DNA from: an uncultured Chloroflexia bacterium
GTDB taxonomy: Bacteria > Chloroflexota > Anaerolineae > JAAYZQ01
DNA length: 64,000 bases
Assembly: GCA_963700285.1 (NCBI GenBank)
Contig: CAVOXA010000022.1
Coordinates: forward strand, 224,001 to 288,000
Direction: 5' to 3'
Shown here: positions 51,538 to 60,324 of the stretch, piece after piece
How positions within the stretch are numbered: position 1 is the stretch's first letter
How the letters are laid out: each line of letters starts with the position of its first letter
The notes under the pieces: model-generated
Databases searched by the model: none
The model's input: only the letters and a program-made list of their open reading frames with translations
What the model was told of the DNA's origin: nothing
Translations under genes and position numbers: made by a program

Positions 51538-52605
51538 GTGCAACGCTTCAAAGATATTCTTGTAGTCGTTGATGAGAAAACTGAGAACAGGCCGGTCGTC
51601 GAACGGGCCGTGACCCTGGCTCAGCGAAACCAGGCTCGCCTGACGGTCGTCGACACCGTCAGAGAACTGCCCCGCCTGGCGCCCGTGCCGGATGTCCCTG
51701 AGCCACTCGTCGACATCGACATTGTCGAGAAATGGCCCCCCGATGCGGACAGACCAGCCGCGGTGGAGCCGCCGGTGATGCTCAGCGACCAGCCCTACGA
51801 AGCGCAGGTACCGGCTGTAGAGGTGGGTGTGGTGATTCGGGAGCGTATTGTCGAGGAAGAGAGCCAGCGTCTGGAGCAGTGGCTAGACTTTATCCGGCAA
51901 AGAGGAGTCCCGGCTGGCGGCAAGATGTTGTACGGCACGGCGTTTCTCGAGATCATCCGCGAGGTGTTGCGCAACGGACATGACCTGGTGATGACCGCTG
52001 CGGAGGCCCGCGCCGCCGTGAAAGACAGGCTTTTTGGCAGCACAGCCATGCACCTGATGCGCAAGTGCCCGTGTCCGGTGTGGGTAGTCAAGCCCACCCA
52101 GCCCGAAACGCATACCCGCATCCTGGCCGCAGTCGATCCGTACCCTGCGGACGAGGAAAGGCACGCCCTCAATATCAAGATCATGGACCTGGCGACAGTG
52201 CTGGCCCGCCGGCAGCAGTACGAACTGCTCGTTGTACACACCTGGACCTTTCCCGCTGAGCATTCCTTGGGAAGCGGGTATCTCGTGGCGTCAAGCGAGC
52301 TGGACAGGTGGGTCCGTATGGACCGAGATTTGCGCAAGATCAGGCTTGCCGAGCTTGTGCGGCCCTACGTTTCGCAGGACCTAAAGTCTCAAGTGTACAT
52401 GTTGAAGGGCGAGCCGGGATACTTGATTCCCGAGGTAGCAGCAAAGATGGAGGTAGGACTGATCGTCATGGGTACGGTGAGCCGCACCGGGGTGGCCGGA
52501 TTGCTCATTGGCAACACCGCCGAGAGGATCCTCCGCCAGGTGGACTGTTCCGTGCTGGCGGTCAAGCCTGATGGCTTCGTTAGCCCTGTGATGTTGGACG
52601 AATAG
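51538..52605 (+). CDS. Tandem-domain universal stress protein, near-identical paralog of 41941-43008
   Basis: Colinear, highly similar protein and DNA; SD GAGGAGG. Confidence 0.92.
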   Translation: MQRFKDILVVVDEKTENRPVVERAVTLAQRNQARLTVVDTVRELPRLAPVPDVPEPLVDIDIVEKWPPDADRPAAVEPPVMLSDQPYEAQVPAVEVGVVIRERIVEEESQRLEQWLDFIRQRGVPAGGKMLYGTAFLEIIREVLRNGHDLVMTAAEARAAVKDRLFGSTAMHLMRKCPCPVWVVKPTQPETHTRILAAVDPYPADEERHALNIKIMDLATVLARRQQYELLVVHTWTFPAEHSLGSGYLVASSELDRWVRMDRDLRKIRLAELVRPYVSQDLKSQVYMLKGEPGYLIPEVAAKMEVGLIVMGTVSRTGVAGLLIGNTAERILRQVDCSVLAVKPDGFVSPVMLDE

Positions 52606-52662
52606 ACAAGACCTATGGCGTAGTCGATCTCCGTCATTATTCACTATTTACGTAATCTTAAC

Positions 52663-52691
52663 TTGACAAATACCCTCCTTCAGCATAGAAT
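52663..52691 (+). promoter_or_regulatory. Sigma70 promoter
   Basis: TTGACA-17 bp-TAGAAT with AT-rich upstream sequence. Confidence 0.75.
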
Positions 52692-52759
52692 AAAGATGAA
52701 GCGGGACGCGGCCCGGCGCTCTTCTGAGCAGATTGAAAACCAACGACAGGGAGAAAAGC

Positions 52760-53043
52760 ATGAAAAAGTTCGTCCTGGCACACTATGGCTATGAGACACC
52801 GACACCGGAGATCATGGATGCCTGGGGCAACTGGTTTTCATCCCGGGGATCGTCGAAAACGTCGGCCCGTTTGGGACTGGGGTTGAGATCAGCGACACCG
52901 GCACCAGGGAGCTGCCGCTGAACGAGGAAGCAGCGACCGGCTACTCTATCATCGAAGCGGAAAGTCTTGATGTCGCGGTGGCCATCGCACAAGAGTGTCC
53001 GTTCATCACAAGCATCAGGGTCTACGAGGTTATGGCGATGTAG
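52760..53043 (+). CDS. YciI/DGPF-like protein (frameshift near 52845)
   Basis: MKKFVL...MDAWGNWF / GPFG.G.EIS..G..ELP....ATGYSIIEAESLD.AV.IA..CP....IRVYE. Confidence 0.72.
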
Positions 53044-53066
53044 CGTTGCTGGGCGGTTCAGCCCCT

Positions 53067-53837
53067 CTAGCCCGGGCGGCTATGGGAGGGCGGTTTCGCC
53101 AGTTCAGTCCAGGGCGCCGGTCTGGTGCCGCTGTCTGGGCCTCGCCCTCCACGCCCGGGCGCCCGGGCCAAAAAAAAGGCCAGGATGGCGATACTGGCGG
53201 CTACGCCTGCCAGGGTCGCCAGCAGCGGCTGGCCCACCGCAAAGCCAACCCCGTAGGCCGTGGCAATCACGATGGTCACCGGCGCCGACGCCTGCAGCAG
53301 GGGTACCCTCCACTGCTCGAACTCGGGCGTTCCGGTCTCCGAATCAGGCGCAGTCTGAGCCCGTCGAGATGCCGCCAGGAAACCAATCAGCAGCGCAGGC
53401 CTGAGCAGATTCGTCGCGTTCTGCAGCGTGTTGCCGGGGGCCAGGTTGCCTGTCGCCGCGATGTCCATCAGGTGGACGATGGTTGCTCCCAGGGCAAAGA
53501 CCGTCACGGCGATGACCGTGGCCTCGCGAAAGCCGTCGCGGCGGCCTACTGCCACCATGCCCAGGACACCCAAGGCCAGGTTGGCAAAGGCCACCTCGAG
53601 CTGGAAGGGGCTGCCCGCCTCCCAGCCGATCGATTCGGCCACGATATCGGAGAGAAAAAAGTGGGCCAAAAAGTTCGATATCCCCGACCCGGCCACGGCA
53701 ATCGCAAAGAGAAAGATCAAAACGGTCTCCAATCTCTTTTCTCTGGACGAGGTGGATCTGTCGAAAAGCATGACCACACCGGCGAGCAGCAGGGGCAAAA
53801 GGGCAAAGACAAAGACACGAACTCCGACAGCCTCCAT
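53067..53837 (-). CDS. Membrane protein (DUF6790-like)
   Basis: HFFLSD..AESIGW..GSPFQLEVAFANL; SD GGAGG; promoter TTGACA-17-TATTAT at 53897-53869. Confidence 0.75.
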   Translation of the reverse strand: MEAVGVRVFVFALLPLLLAGVVMLFDRSTSSREKRLETVLIFLFAIAVAGSGISNFLAHFFLSDIVAESIGWEAGSPFQLEVAFANLALGVLGMVAVGRRDGFREATVIAVTVFALGATIVHLMDIAATGNLAPGNTLQNATNLLRPALLIGFLAASRRAQTAPDSETGTPEFEQWRVPLLQASAPVTIVIATAYGVGFAVGQPLLATLAGVAASIAILAFFLARAPGRGGRGPDSGTRPAPWTELAKPPSHSRPG

Positions 53838-53914
53838 TGTGCATCCTCCTTGGGCGGAATATACTGCAATAATATCATATTAATGATTTCTTGTCAAGTT
53901 GGGCCAATCATCTG

Positions 53915-54078
53915 CTACGGCTGTTGCAAAGTCGTCATCGCGAGCGTCAGCGCATGTCCCGAGCATGTCCTGAGTCCGCGAAGGGCCTGCCGAGGGAAAG
54001 CGATCTCCACTTGTGCCCTGGGGATTGCCACGGCGCAAACAGCGCGCCTCGCAATGACAGATCTGACTGGCAGTGCAT
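53915..54078 (+). mobile_element. MITE/REP-like composite element
   Basis: Begins TACGGCTGTTGCAAAGTCGTCATC (same string at about 9926-9949); internal GTCATCGCGAG..CTCGCAATGAC palindrome. Confidence 0.6.
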
Positions 54079-54213
54079 GTCAAGGGACAATGCAGCAGCC
54101 GTCAGGGGCGAGGCATTCCAGGCGAGCAGTGGCTCAACGTGCGGACATCCCTCAACGAAGGGGCTTTGGCATAGCAGGGGGATGCTGGGATTGCCTCGCC
54201 CCTACTCCGACCT

Positions 54214-54243
54214 TTGCTTAAAATGCAGATTTCGTGGTATAAT
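54214..54243 (+). promoter_or_regulatory. Sigma70 promoter upstream of the TGA-containing small ORFs
   Basis: TTGCTT-18 bp-TATAAT with extended TG. Confidence 0.65.
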
Positions 54244-54355
54244 CGCACGACTCCGCCCAAGAGATCGTCGATCTGGGCCGGATCAGTGGCGAGTCTGGGG
54301 CGCGTCCGGCGCAACGCCCGCAACGCTCGCCAAAACACAAGGAGGTGTAGGAACA

Positions 54356-54541
54356 ATGTGGTGGTGGATCGGTGCTTTTGTGGCCTGGCTCATTGGCTTG
54401 GTCTGAATCCTGTACCTGATGGCGGACGTGTTCCGCGGAAGAACAAAGGGGTTCAGCTTCAGCCTGCTGCCAGGGTATCTGTTTCACGGCCTGTTTGCGG
54501 TTCTAGCCCTGTGGTTCGTATTCAAGGCCATCGGGGCCTAG
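54356..54541 (+). CDS. Small 2-TM protein with in-frame TGA at codon 17 (candidate selenoprotein A)
   Basis: SD AAGGAGGT; MWWWIGAFVAWLIGLV*ILYLMADVFRGRTKGFSFSLLPGYLFHGLFAVLALWFVFKAIGA; hairpin GCGGA-CGTGT-TCCGC downstream of the TGA. Confidence 0.6.
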
Positions 54542-54566
54542 GGTTCCAGGAGAAAGGGGGATAGCC

Positions 54567-54791
54567 ATGAGGATCGTTGCCGGAATCGTCGGGACCCTGC
54601 TGCTGCTTGCGGGTCTGATATGACTTGTCTACATCTTGAGAGGCGTGTTCTCTCAGGCTGAAGGATTCACCGCGTTGGGCGCCTTGTGGGGGCCTCTGGC
54701 CTTTCATGCCGTCACCACGGGGCTGGGCACCGCGCTGCTGGCCAGGGCGGTGGCCCCCCAGGACGCTATCCAAGCTCAGCCGGCTGAGTGA
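54567..54791 (+). CDS. Paralogous small 2-TM protein with in-frame TGA at codon 19 (candidate selenoprotein B; apparent indel in a TC run near 54653)
   Basis: SD AAAGGGGG; MRIVAGIVGTLLLLAGLI*LVYILRGVFS/RLKGFTALGALWGPLAFHAVTTGLGTALLARAVAP; hairpin TGAGAGG-CGTGT-TCTCTCA. Confidence 0.5.
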
Positions 54792-54974
54792 TCGACAGGA
54801 ATTCGGATGCGCGTAACCTGGATCTGGTGAAAGCGTTCTATCATTGCGATCTGACGCAGACCTGACAGGTTCTTTGGTATCTGCATCATCCAAGCCCTGG
54901 CGGGCTGGCGGAAAGACACCATACTTTGCGATCTGGCATGAACCTGTCAGATCCTAACTCAAAAGGGGGTACCG

Positions 54975-55616
54975 ATGAAAGAAGTCGTTTTCGGCGCAAA
55001 AGTTGAATGTACAGACGGAGAGGCCGGTGAGGTTGTGAATCTCCTCGTCGATCCTGTGAGCCGGGATGTGGCGCACTATGTCGTCAAGGAAAAGGCGCGT
55101 CCCCATACGGAGCGCCTGGTTCCTGCCTATCTGGAGATTGAGAGCACCCCGGAACTCATCAAGCTGAAATGCACGCTGGCAGAGCTCGCCGACATGACTG
55201 CGTACCGTTTCAATGTGGCTTACCAAACCAACCCATCAGCTTCCATGGGAGCGGATCCCTACGGGGGGGGTCTCGCGAACCGGACCTATGTCATTGAGAG
55301 GACTGTGGTGCCCCAGGGCGAGCAGGCTTTTTCCATGCATTCCAAGGTGGAGGCAAAGGATGGTACTGTGGGCCGGGTGGATGGGGTCCTGACCGATGAG
55401 GAGACGGGCGAGATCACGCACATGCTCATGCGCAAGGGGCACGCCTGGGGCGAGAAAGAGGTCGTAATTCCGGTGTCGCTCATCGACCACTCGCATGAGG
55501 GTACGGTCTATCTCAAGGTCAACAAGGATGAGGCGTTGGACCAACTCACCCTGTCGGCCGCGTGGGGGCACGGGCCCTCCGAGGACGAGCTGGAGGACCT
55601 GCTGGACGGCGAGTAA
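54975..55616 (+). CDS. Tandem PRC-barrel domain protein
   Basis: GAKVECTDGEAG.V..L.VDP....V.H.VV and KVEAKDG.VG.VD.V..D...G.ITH..MRKGH.WG.KEV.IP. Confidence 0.85.
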   Translation: MKEVVFGAKVECTDGEAGEVVNLLVDPVSRDVAHYVVKEKARPHTERLVPAYLEIESTPELIKLKCTLAELADMTAYRFNVAYQTNPSASMGADPYGGGLANRTYVIERTVVPQGEQAFSMHSKVEAKDGTVGRVDGVLTDEETGEITHMLMRKGHAWGEKEVVIPVSLIDHSHEGTVYLKVNKDEALDQLTLSAAWGHGPSEDELEDLLDGE

Positions 55617-55617
55617 G

Positions 55618-56556
55618 CGTTCGTAGTCGGCGATTCAGCGCCGTAAGTAAGTGCGATGAATCGCGCACTACGAACGGGGCGATACCAGGCGAGCAACCGT
55701 TCGTAGTCGGCGATTCATCGCCGTAAGAAAGCGCGATGAATCGCGCACTACGAACGGTACTGTGGCGGGCGCGAAACTGTTCGTAGTCGGCGATTCATCG
55801 CCGTAAGAAGGCGCGATGAATCGCGCACTACGAACGGGGCGATACCAGGTGAGCAACCGTTCGTAGTCGGCGATTCATCGCCGTAAGAAAGCGCGATGAA
55901 TCGCGCACTACGAACGGGGCGATACCAGGTGAGCAACTGTTCGTAGTCGGCGATTCATCGCCGCAAGAAAGCGCGATGAATCGCGCACTACGAACGGTAC
56001 TGTGCCGGGCGCGAAACTGTTCGTAGTCGGCGATTCATCGCCGTAAGAAAGCGCGATGAATCGCGCACTACGAACGGGGCGATACCAGGTGAGCAACCGT
56101 TCGTAGTCGGCGATTCATCGCCGTAAGAAAGCGCGATGAATCGCGCACTACGAACGGGGCGATATCAGGTGAGCAACTGTTCGTAGTCGGCGATTCATCG
56201 CCGTAGGAAAGCGCGATGAATCGCGCACTACGAACGGGGCGATACCTGGCGAGCAACCGTTCGTAGTCGGCGATTCATCGCCGCAAGAAAGCGCGATGAA
56301 TCGCGCACTACGAACGGGGTGATACCAGGTGAGCAACCGTTCGTAGTCGGCGATTCATCGACGTAGGAAAGCGCGATGAATCGCGCACTACGAACGGGGC
56401 GATACCAGGTGAGCAACCGTTCGTAGTCGGCGATTCATCGCCGTAGGAAAGCGCGATGAATCGCGCACTACGAACGGTACTGTGGCGGGCGCGAAACTGT
56501 TCGTAGTCGGCGATTCATCGCCGCAAGAAAGCGCGATGAATCGCGCACTACGAACG
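55618..56556. repeat. Tandem array of 12 x 80-bp inverted REP doublets (REPIN/BIME-like)
   Basis: Unit GTTCGTAGTCGGCGATTCATCGCCG-taagaaa-GCGCGATGAATCGCGCACTACGAAC starts every 80 bp from 55618 to 56498; only two linker classes. Confidence 0.95.
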
Positions 56557-56605
56557 GGGGCGTCGCGTGCCCGAAGGCGAGCAACCGGCGAAGGAGAAAC
56601 GTGCC

Positions 56606-57991
56606 GTGCCCAAGATCACACTGATTGGAGCGGGGAGCGCGGTATTCGCCCGGAATCTGATGGGCGACATCCTCAGCTTCCCGGATCTGTCAGACAGCAC
56701 GCTTACCCTCCACGACATCGACGAGGAACGACTGCGAACCTCAGAGATCGTGGCCCACAAGCTGGCCGCCAAGCTGGGGGCCCGGCCCCGGATCGAGGCC
56801 ACCACCGACAGGCGGGCGGCCCTGGACGGCGCCGACTATGCCATCACCATGTTCCAGGTGGGCGGCTACGAGCCCAGCACGGTGATTGACTTTGAGATCC
56901 CCAAAAAGTACGGCCTGCGCCAGACCATCGGTGACACGCTGGGCGTGGGCGGCATCATGCGCGGCCTGCGCACCATCCCGGTACTGCTGGATATGTGCCA
57001 GGACATGGAAGAACTGTGCCCCGACGTGCTGCTCCTGAACTATGTGAATCCCATGGCCATGCTCTGTTGGGCGCTCAACGAGGCGACGGCCATCAACACC
57101 GTGGGGCTGTGCCACAGCGTTTTTCTCACGGCCAAAGAACTCTCGCGCGACATCGGCCTGCCCCTGGCAGAGATCAACTATCTCTGTGCCGGCATCAACC
57201 ACATGGCCTTCTTCCTGACCTTTGAACGCGACGGCCAGGACCTCTACCCTCTGATCCGCCAGGTGATCGAGGAGGGCCGGGTGCCCGATTCCAACCGGGT
57301 GCGCTACGAGGTCTGCAAGAGGCTCGGCTATTTTGTCACCGAGTCCAGTGAGCATTTCAGCGAGTACGTGCCCTGGTTCATCAAGCGCGACCGTCCCGAC
57401 CTCATCGAGCGCTTCAATATCCCCCTGGACGAGTACCCCAACCGCTGCCTTCTGCAGATCAGGGCCTGGGAGCTGATCAAGGACAGCCTGGAAAAGGACG
57501 TCACTCCCTCGGAGGAGGATCTGCGTCGCGTGTTGGAGGGCGTGACGGTCATGCCCTTCATCGCCGCTGCAGCGGAGCGCAGACTGGCGGCCGTGGAAGG
57601 CTACGAGTTCAGCAACGAGTACGGCTCCGAGATCATCCACAGCATCGAGGCGGGCACGCCTCGCGTCATCTATGGCAACGTGCCCAACCAGGGCCTCATC
57701 GACAACCTACCCCAGGACTGCATCGTCGAGGTGCCCTGCCTGGTGGACAAGAACGGCGTCCAGCCGGTGCGCATCGGCAGCCTGCCGCCGCACCTGGCGG
57801 CGCTGATGCAGACCAACGTCAACGTGCAGGCTCTGACGGTGGAAGCCGCCCTGACCCGCAAGCGGGAGCACATCTACCACGCGGCCATGCTCGATCCCCA
57901 TACCGCGGCCGAGTTGGACCTGGACCAGATCTGGAACCTGGTCGATGACCTCATCGAGGCGCACGGCGACTGGCTGCCGGCCTATCACTGA
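56606..57991 (+). CDS. melA: Family 4 glycoside hydrolase, alpha-galactosidase (MelA-like)
   Basis: [54 protein letters not shown]. Confidence 0.9.
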   Translation: MPKITLIGAGSAVFARNLMGDILSFPDLSDSTLTLHDIDEERLRTSEIVAHKLAAKLGARPRIEATTDRRAALDGADYAITMFQVGGYEPSTVIDFEIPKKYGLRQTIGDTLGVGGIMRGLRTIPVLLDMCQDMEELCPDVLLLNYVNPMAMLCWALNEATAINTVGLCHSVFLTAKELSRDIGLPLAEINYLCAGINHMAFFLTFERDGQDLYPLIRQVIEEGRVPDSNRVRYEVCKRLGYFVTESSEHFSEYVPWFIKRDRPDLIERFNIPLDEYPNRCLLQIRAWELIKDSLEKDVTPSEEDLRRVLEGVTVMPFIAAAAERRLAAVEGYEFSNEYGSEIIHSIEAGTPRVIYGNVPNQGLIDNLPQDCIVEVPCLVDKNGVQPVRIGSLPPHLAALMQTNVNVQALTVEAALTRKREHIYHAAMLDPHTAAELDLDQIWNLVDDLIEAHGDWLPAYH

Positions 57992-58141
57992 TGGCAATCG
58001 GGCGAGATAGTGCGTCCGTAGAACTGGGCCGCATCGAGAAGTGGGGAGACTCCTTGCTGATATCCTGCACGAGTCGGTTTCGCTGCAGCGTTTTCTACTG
58101 GACAGGGGTGGCGGGAAGCGCAAGTCTCGCGGCCAGAGGGC

Positions 58142-59254
58142 ATGAGTTCGATGGAGACGAGTCGCACGAAAGTCGGCACAGCTATCATCGGCACGGGCAA
58201 GGTGGCCCACGCCCACGCCGCGGCCCTGGCCGCGAACCCCCTTTCCAGATTCGAAGCCGTCTGCAACCCGGACCCGGAGCTTGCCAGCTCCTTTGCCCGG
58301 CGCTACGGCGTGCGCGCCTTTACCGACGCCGGCGAGATGCTCCAGGACCCCGCGGTTGACGCGGTCTGCATCTGCACGCCCCATCCCAGCCACGCCGATC
58401 TGGCCGTCATGGCCGCCACGCAGGGGGTGCACATCCTGGTCGAAAAACCCATGGCCCTCACCCTGGGCGATTGCGACCGCATGATCGAGGCCGCTGCTCA
58501 GGCCGGCGTCAAGCTGGGCGTCATCAGCCAGCGCCGCCTCTACGAGCCGGTCCAGCGCTTGAAACGGGCCATCGACGAGGGCAGGATCGGCCGGCCCATC
58601 CTGGGGACGGCCACCGTCCTGAGCTGGCGCGGCCCCGAGTATTACGCCCTGGATGATTGGCGCGGCACCTGGGCCGGGGAGGGCGGCGGCGTCCTGGTCA
58701 CCCAGGTCGTCCACCATCTCGATCTCCTCCAGTGGTTCATGGGGCCCATCGCCGAGGTCTCGGCCTACTGGTCCAACCTGAACCATCCTTTTATCGAGGT
58801 CGAGGATACCGCCGTCGCCTCGCTGCGCTTCACCAGCGGCGCCCTGGGCAGCATCGTCGTCAGCAACTCGCAGAACCCGGGGCTCTATGCCCGCATCCAC
58901 GTCCACGGCTACTCGGGCGCCACCGTCGGCGTGCAGACCGACGGCGGCACGCAGTTCATCACAGGCGTGAGTGAAGAGGCCGAGCCGCCCTACAACGATT
59001 TCTGGACCGTCCCGGGCGAGCAGGATCTCCTACCCGGCTGGCAGGCCGCCGACCGGGCCCGGGCAGGGGAGATCGATATCATGAGCCACTACCACGGCCT
59101 GCAGATCGCCGATTTTCTGGAGGCCATCGTGCAGGACCGTGAGCCCATGGTTCCAGGCCGGGAGGGGCGCAAGATGGTCGAGCTGGTGCAGGCCATCTAT
59201 CGCTCTGGCTCCCAGCAGCGCCCGGTCCGCTTCCCGGTTCCGGGCGACGATTGA
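58142..59254 (+). CDS. Gfo/Idh/MocA family oxidoreductase
   Basis: IIGTGKVA, ICTPHPSH, LVEKPMA, WRGTW..EGGGVL..Q..H.LD. Confidence 0.92.
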   Translation: MSSMETSRTKVGTAIIGTGKVAHAHAAALAANPLSRFEAVCNPDPELASSFARRYGVRAFTDAGEMLQDPAVDAVCICTPHPSHADLAVMAATQGVHILVEKPMALTLGDCDRMIEAAAQAGVKLGVISQRRLYEPVQRLKRAIDEGRIGRPILGTATVLSWRGPEYYALDDWRGTWAGEGGGVLVTQVVHHLDLLQWFMGPIAEVSAYWSNLNHPFIEVEDTAVASLRFTSGALGSIVVSNSQNPGLYARIHVHGYSGATVGVQTDGGTQFITGVSEEAEPPYNDFWTVPGEQDLLPGWQAADRARAGEIDIMSHYHGLQIADFLEAIVQDREPMVPGREGRKMVELVQAIYRSGSQQRPVRFPVPGDD

Positions 59255-59279
59255 ACGCATCTTGGAAGGAACGGATACT

Positions 59280-60311
59280 GTGAAAGCTCTCGTGTTGGAA
59301 CAGCCCAACCAATTGACCTACAAGGATGTACCCCTGCCCTCTCCCGGCCCGGCCGAGGTTCTGGTCCAGGTGCGGGCCTGCGGCATCTGCGGCAGCGACG
59401 TCCATGGCCTGGACGGCAGCACCGGCCGGCGCATCCCGCCCCTGATCATGGGCCACGAGGCGGCCGGAGTTGTCGAGGCCGTGGGGCCCGAAGTAAAGGG
59501 CTGGCAGCCCGGCGACAGGGTGACCTTTGATTCGACCATCTACTGCGGGGAGTGCTACTACTGCCTGCGGGGTATGATCAATCTGTGCGACAATCGCCGG
59601 GTGATGGGCGTTGCCTGCGCCGACTATGTGCAGGACGGAGCTTTTGCCGAGTACGTTGCCGTCCCTCAGCATCTGCTCTACCGGCTGCCCGACGCCCTCT
59701 CCTTTGAGCGAGCGGCGGTGGTCGAGGCCCTGTCCATCGCATACCATGCCCTGCAGCGCTCCCGCGTCTCGTTGGGGGATACAACCTGCGTGATCGGAAA
59801 CGGCATGATCGGCGTTCTCATCACCCAGTTGCTGTCCCTGGCAGGCTGCCGTCACGTAATCGCGGTGGACGTGGATGAGAGCCGCCTGGCCATCGCCCGG
59901 CGTTTTGGGGCCGACCGGGTGCTGGTGCCCGGTCGCGACGACGTCGTGGCCGAGGCGCTGGCAGCCACCGCTGGTCGAGGCGTCGACGTCGCCTTTGAGG
60001 TGGTGGGCATCAGCGACACGTTGGACCTGGCCGTACGGTGCGTCCGCAAGGGCGGTCAGGTAGTCCTGGTGGGCAACGTGGCAGCCGAGGCACGCTTGCC
60101 CCTGCAGTACACGGTGACGCGAGAGCTGGACCTGCGAGCCTCTTGCGCGTCACGGCTAGAGTATCCGGCCTGCCTTGACCTGCTGGCGCGAGGGGCCGTG
60201 GACGTCGATCCCATCATCAGCGCTGTGGCTCCCCTGAGCGAGGGTGCGGCCTGGTTCGCCAGGCTGCAAAAGGGCGAGCCGGGCCTCATGAAGGTCATTC
60301 TGGTCCCCTGA
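59280..60311 (+). CDS. Zn-dependent polyol dehydrogenase (galactitol-1-P/iditol dehydrogenase-like)
   Basis: CGICGSD, MGHE, CGECYYC......LC, IGNGMIG. Confidence 0.9.
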   Translation: MKALVLEQPNQLTYKDVPLPSPGPAEVLVQVRACGICGSDVHGLDGSTGRRIPPLIMGHEAAGVVEAVGPEVKGWQPGDRVTFDSTIYCGECYYCLRGMINLCDNRRVMGVACADYVQDGAFAEYVAVPQHLLYRLPDALSFERAAVVEALSIAYHALQRSRVSLGDTTCVIGNGMIGVLITQLLSLAGCRHVIAVDVDESRLAIARRFGADRVLVPGRDDVVAEALAATAGRGVDVAFEVVGISDTLDLAVRCVRKGGQVVLVGNVAAEARLPLQYTVTRELDLRASCASRLEYPACLDLLARGAVDVDPIISAVAPLSEGAAWFARLQKGEPGLMKVILVP

Positions 60312-60324
60312 GGGAGAACCGTCG

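Noticed and set aside
54404-54623. Genome-wide UGA reassignment (genetic code 4 or 25)
   Set aside because: Many conserved genes here end at TGA at the expected family length, so any readthrough must be site-specific.
55618-56556. CRISPR array
   Set aside because: The repeat is about 58 bp, the linkers are about 22 bp and fall into only two recurring classes rather than unique spacers, and there are no cas genes in the window.
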